Positions 59,892-64,000 of a stretch of 64,000 nucleotides of DNA are shown piece after piece. The stretch is from an uncultured virus (IMG/VR IMGVR_UViG_3300045738_001977) (lineage: Duplodnaviria; Heunggongvirae; Uroviricota; Caudoviricetes), in IMG/VR virus record IMGVR_UViG_3300045738_001977. One strand, written 5' to 3'. The notes beneath the pieces were generated by a model that was given only the letters and a program-made list of their open reading frames with translations, ran no database searches and was not told where the DNA came from. A program made the translations under genes and the position numbers. How positions within the stretch are numbered: position 1 is the first letter of the stretch; each line of letters begins with the position of its first letter.

Positions 59892-62459
59892 ATGCATGAC
59901 CATACAGTATATACGGGGAACCCCCAGCAGCCCGGTGGAGGATGGCCTAATCCAGCCACAGACCCCAATAATCAAATGCATCCTCTTCCTTGGGATATAG
60001 ACTGCATAAAAACAAGAGGTATTAATATAAAACAAAATTGGTTGGGGGAAATTATACATTTCCAAAACGTAACCACTCAAACATTTGAAATATTTTTTGT
60101 AAATCCTGCCACCCAAAAAGATTTAGAAAAATGGATAGCAAAAATAAATGAATATGAAGACGTTGGTGGATGGAGAGATGAACTTAATCTTTATGGAATA
60201 ATAATTGAAAACTGTAGAATCACCAGTATAACCGCGCCGACAAGTGAAAACCGAATGGAAGACGCCGTAGGCCGTGGGCGAATAGATATAACGGTAGAGC
60301 AAAGGAAGTGCGGCGGTGATGTAGAAAGCGGCAGCTTAGCCGCTAGAGAAAGAGAAGTGGTGCTACCGTGTTACGAATGCACGAAAGACGGAGTGGTCAC
60401 GGGTGATTATGTAGAGGGCGCGGGAGCGCTAGACCCTCACGGTGTAGCTATTCTGGCGTGCGAAACATTGTTGGCTGCTGCCGCTCCCAGCGGTACATCA
60501 ACAACGGCAGCACCAAGCTCCGCCGTAATAGGGGCAGTTCAAACAAGCGACGTAAATTGCGCCGGTATGACAACGCCAACCTCAGTATATGATTACGACG
60601 GATCCCTCTACCCCGGCGACAATGATTTCGGGTTAACTAGCTTATTAACAGACGCTTGTCCTTTTATAGATGATATTCAAGAAGATTTTAAATTTAATTA
60701 TGGCAAGGGGAATAGTCTTGATTTTAGTCATTCAGTAAGTATTAAATTATTTGATAGCTGCCCGAAAGGAGTTGATCCAAGCTGCGCGGGTTTAGGAACC
60801 AGTACGACAGCGCATCCACCGGGTAATTGTGGTCCGGGTACCCCGGGAAGCAAGGTTCCTAAATTTAACGAAGGTACCGCTCCCGGACAATACCAAGGGG
60901 ATGACGGAGATAAGACTGATGGCAAAAGTATTTGTAGACCCGGACAATACAATGTTGACCAAGCGCTACGGCTTGCTAGGCATATGCTAGATAAAAATAC
61001 TCCACACTTTGGGATAGCATTTCACCCGGGAATTTTACGAGACGTGGATGATCCCACGGGTGGACATGCTGTCCAAGCTCCACTTGATGATGAGCGCGTT
61101 ATCCCCTATTACACAGAAACTCAAAATCTAATTACGGGTGAAGTCTCTATGGTAAAAAGGTTAACGATCCTAAAAGAGAGGGACGATATGCTAAATTATT
61201 CCGCAGACTATAGTCATTCTTTACGAGTGGACGGGGGAGGTATAGTAACGGTAACAGAAAAGGGGAAAATTAGAGGCAACAAAAAACAACCATTAGCAAC
61301 CAACGCATTAAATCCTTCAGGAGTATCAGACGACGCATACAAGCGCGCTAAGGAAGGAATGGATGATTTACTGGGGGCAAATTTTTCGAAAGCCGAAACC
61401 AGATGCGTAGATTTCTGGGGGGCTCATAGAGAATTTTATAAAAATTATTTTGATGGCCTTGGCGAACCGCTTAAAAATGATCCGAAATACGGTTTAACAG
61501 GTCTCGTGTCAGATTTAAAAGTAGAACACCCTATGCAAAAAACCAGAAACTTCAACGAAGTAACTAGAGAATGTTCTTATTCTATAACATTTTCTACTGC
61601 AACAAATATGTTTGAAAATTTCATGGCGAACAGAACCTTAACCGCTTCTAGGGGTAAGTTCGGCTCAATAACCATAAAAGAAAAATCAGACTTAACCTCA
61701 TACGTCCCCAAGGGGGAAGATCGAAAAAAAATAGACCCCGCCACAGGAGGCATAATAAACGAAGCAGACGACCTTACAGACCCGAGAGACCCCACTAAAA
61801 TGGTTGTTGATAGTCCAATTGAAATAATATTTCCAGAAGATTACAGGGGTAAACGTGACCCAGTAACTAACGCGCTCGACGCAACCACCGGAGCAAAAGC
61901 AAGGGTAATGGAATTTTATAATGACCTGTTAGCTAACACGGTAGATTTTAAAGCTCCAAACCCACAGGGGTGCGCAGACCCATTAAAGCTATGGTCAAGG
62001 AGCGTGAACTGGAGCCCAAGCGGTCGAGGTTTAAGTTACACCGTGCAATTTACCACGGACAAAACAGTTTCGTGTGAATATCCAGACAAGCACGGAATAA
62101 GAAAAACAGAAGTATCAACAAACGATAACTTGCCGAAAAGAATGCACAAAGAGCATCCTATCGTTAATAATAAGGTATTAGTTCATGACCCAAAACAAAG
62201 CAAGCTAGGGTCGAGAACAGTAACTTTAAATATAAGTTTAGAAAGAGTACCAAAACGCAATATGTTAAAAGACCCGCTACTTCCAGAAGTGGCGTTAAAA
62301 GAATTAATGACTAGAGCAAAAGCTGAAATATTAAAAGTATTTACTGATTATGATGATCTCGTTGCAGACGACATGCATGTGAAGCTGTGTAAGTATACAT
62401 TTGATTCAAAATGGAAAGCAACAGTGACAGTCGCGGTAGATTATTTACAAAAGAAATAA
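59892..62459 (+). CDS. Probable tail-tip/baseplate-hub structural protein
   Basis: 855 aa, beta-strand-rich, directly after the TMP, with Cys/Thr-rich insertions; assignment is positional. Confidence 0.5.
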   Translation: MHDHTVYTGNPQQPGGGWPNPATDPNNQMHPLPWDIDCIKTRGINIKQNWLGEIIHFQNVTTQTFEIFFVNPATQKDLEKWIAKINEYEDVGGWRDELNLYGIIIENCRITSITAPTSENRMEDAVGRGRIDITVEQRKCGGDVESGSLAAREREVVLPCYECTKDGVVTGDYVEGAGALDPHGVAILACETLLAAAAPSGTSTTAAPSSAVIGAVQTSDVNCAGMTTPTSVYDYDGSLYPGDNDFGLTSLLTDACPFIDDIQEDFKFNYGKGNSLDFSHSVSIKLFDSCPKGVDPSCAGLGTSTTAHPPGNCGPGTPGSKVPKFNEGTAPGQYQGDDGDKTDGKSICRPGQYNVDQALRLARHMLDKNTPHFGIAFHPGILRDVDDPTGGHAVQAPLDDERVIPYYTETQNLITGEVSMVKRLTILKERDDMLNYSADYSHSLRVDGGGIVTVTEKGKIRGNKKQPLATNALNPSGVSDDAYKRAKEGMDDLLGANFSKAETRCVDFWGAHREFYKNYFDGLGEPLKNDPKYGLTGLVSDLKVEHPMQKTRNFNEVTRECSYSITFSTATNMFENFMANRTLTASRGKFGSITIKEKSDLTSYVPKGEDRKKIDPATGGIINEADDLTDPRDPTKMVVDSPIEIIFPEDYRGKRDPVTNALDATTGAKARVMEFYNDLLANTVDFKAPNPQGCADPLKLWSRSVNWSPSGRGLSYTVQFTTDKTVSCEYPDKHGIRKTEVSTNDNLPKRMHKEHPIVNNKVLVHDPKQSKLGSRTVTLNISLERVPKRNMLKDPLLPEVALKELMTRAKAEILKVFTDYDDLVADDMHVKLCKYTFDSKWKATVTVAVDYLQKK

Positions 62460-62465
62460 AAAATT

Positions 62466-64000
62466 ATGGCACTAACAACGGCATTAGGAGCAGGGGCAGT
62501 TCAAGTCCAATACGACGGTAGAACGCCGTGGGGCGCAGCTCCGCCTTATGTTTCTATTGATCGGGAGCCAATATTTTATGGAGGAAAATGGGGTCAAGTT
62601 GCAAAAATAACCTTAACAGGCGAGATAAGTCAATACGCTTATCTTTATGATTTAATTAAAATGGGGGCGTGCGATCCAACCGTCCCCGCTTCCCCCGGTT
62701 GCTTTTTCACAGACGGAAGCCCATTTGAAATTACGCTAGAATACCCCAAGGGTTTAAAGAATTTAGAAAAAATAAGAGACGATATTATTGAGACTTTCAG
62801 CAATAGTCTTAGGACATTTGAGTTCGAAGACACTCAGGTTCCACCTAATAAAATGGAGTTTGATAACGTTATTGTGGAAAGCGTTGATTTTCCTCCGTCT
62901 GGCTATTGGGGGCTATTAAATTATTCTATTTCATTAAAATGCTATGAGCAGGATTATTTTATGGCTCAAGGAATAGTGGACGCTGTTGATGAATTTCAAA
63001 CAACTGAAAATGAAAACGGTACATTAAGCGTAAGCCATAGAATTTCAGCCAGAGGGGTTGATTATACTGACGAAGCAGGAGTCAGGCAACATGGCCTTTC
63101 CAACGCGATTACTTGGGTAGATTCCAGAAAGGGAACTCAATATAAATCTGAAGAAGGAATATATAAAGCATGGTGGGGCGGAACAGGCGTTGAGGGGGAT
63201 ATGGCTGTGGAACCTTTTGGACCTACGCAAGAAAACGAAGACGTGGGCGCGGTTTGGTTGGCTACATCTGAGCCGGTTAAGGCGATTAAATTAATTTTAT
63301 TAAACCAAGATGAATCAATCAACAGACTTATTGGCACTTACGCGGTTTCAGAAAGCTTTATTGGTTATCTTGATATTGATAACAACAGGTCTGGACTACC
63401 ATTTGGAAGAAAATTTTCGGTAAACATAAATGAATCACTAACATCGGACTTTAATGTTGTAACAGTTACGGGGGAATACGTCGGAGGAAAAGATACCACC
63501 CTAAAAGAATTAAGAGACGGGTTCGTAAAAGATGGCTGGACGGACACTTCTGTGAGTCCGCCGGTATTTCATCCTAACGAGCCAGAAACAATGCTTTTTG
63601 AAAAAGCGAAAGAGCTCTCGGGGTTTGACGGAAGCTTACTAAAGCCCCCTCATCCTGACGCGGGAAAATACCATAAACCATTATTATATAATATACCTAT
63701 GGGATTTACGGTTGAAGAAAGCGAAACAGATAAAACAATAAATATTAAAGCCACATTTGATACAAACCCACTGTTTGTTGATGACGCCGGCAACCCAACT
63801 AGACATTTCTTCAACCATAAAATATCTGTCAAGATGGACGAACTTACAAATGTTGCGACAGTATCAATCGATGGGCAACTACAGATAAGAGGCCTCGCGG
63901 CAGAAAAACAATTCTATTTAAAAGAATTTTTAGAAAATCTAGATGTAATGGATTTCTTGTGGAAGAAAGCCGACCATCAACACGCAAAGATAGGAAACAC
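62466..64000 (+). CDS. Probable tail-tip structural protein, 3'-truncated (not in the ORF track)
   Basis: ATG at 62466 (MALTTALGAGAVQVQYDGRTPWGAAPPYVSIDREP...). The frame was read as open at both ends and appears to run off the window (...DFLWKKADHQHAKIGN). Confidence 0.75.
   Translation, partial: MALTTALGAGAVQVQYDGRTPWGAAPPYVSIDREPIFYGGKWGQVAKITLTGEISQYAYLYDLIKMGACDPTVPASPGCFFTDGSPFEITLEYPKGLKNLEKIRDDIIETFSNSLRTFEFEDTQVPPNKMEFDNVIVESVDFPPSGYWGLLNYSISLKCYEQDYFMAQGIVDAVDEFQTTENENGTLSVSHRISARGVDYTDEAGVRQHGLSNAITWVDSRKGTQYKSEEGIYKAWWGGTGVEGDMAVEPFGPTQENEDVGAVWLATSEPVKAIKLILLNQDESINRLIGTYAVSESFIGYLDIDNNRSGLPFGRKFSVNINESLTSDFNVVTVTGEYVGGKDTTLKELRDGFVKDGWTDTSVSPPVFHPNEPETMLFEKAKELSGFDGSLLKPPHPDAGKYHKPLLYNIPMGFTVEESETDKTINIKATFDTNPLFVDDAGNPTRHFFNHKISVKMDELTNVATVSIDGQLQIRGLAAEKQFYLKEFLENLDVMDFLWKKADHQHAKIGN

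Larger units (their letters stand above)
1..64000 (+). mobile_element. Fragment of a large tailed bacteriophage genome (head-neck-tail morphogenesis module)
   Basis: All genes are co-oriented and tightly packed, in the order prohead protease, capsid, neck, tail tube, chaperones, TMP. No cellular housekeeping genes. No portal, terminase or integrase is visible, so free phage versus prophage cannot be decided. Confidence 0.9.

Noticed and set aside
106..63832. Numerous minus-strand and alternate-frame ORFs in the track
   Set aside because: All are nested in long + strand genes and mirror codon bias or repeats; none has recognisable motifs or translation signals.
1..64000. Stop-codon reassignment (24 of 25 stops are TAA, none TAG)
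   Set aside because: Very long ORFs read through under the standard code with no in-frame TAG or TGA, so there is no positive evidence of recoding.
1..64000. tRNA, rRNA or structured ncRNA genes
   Set aside because: Intergenic gaps are under about 100 nt and are accounted for by terminators and upstream motifs.

Overview
The whole window is one + strand block of 26 genes (the first and last are truncated) that looks like the virion morphogenesis region of a large tailed phage (Caudoviricetes). Gene order: Calx-beta adhesin, FtsZ/tubulin-family GTPase, small accessory genes, prohead protease/scaffold, decoration protein, major capsid protein and terminator, fibre adaptor, a 5,707-aa modular fibre-like protein, fibre chaperone, GT2 glycosyltransferase, neck/tail-completion genes, major tail protein and terminator, two tail assembly chaperones (possible -1 frameshift), a 7,751-aa tape-measure protein (TMP), and two tail-tip-like genes. 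The most unusual signal is in the TMP. It carries ten G[FY][VI]PN[FL] motifs plus one partial copy, in two clusters. Each cluster opens with a small 'A' domain and closes with a small 'B' domain, and the motifs separate cargo segments that include a P-loop kinase and an HxGH nucleotidyltransferase. This suggests a processed, virion-delivered polyprotein. The giant fibre carries one M43 metalloprotease and two papain-like protease domains in cassettes joined by Thr-rich linkers. A recurring GTGTAAT-type upstream motif and an AGGAAAAAGG leader motif are also present. All assignments come from motif recognition and gene order by eye; no database searches were run.
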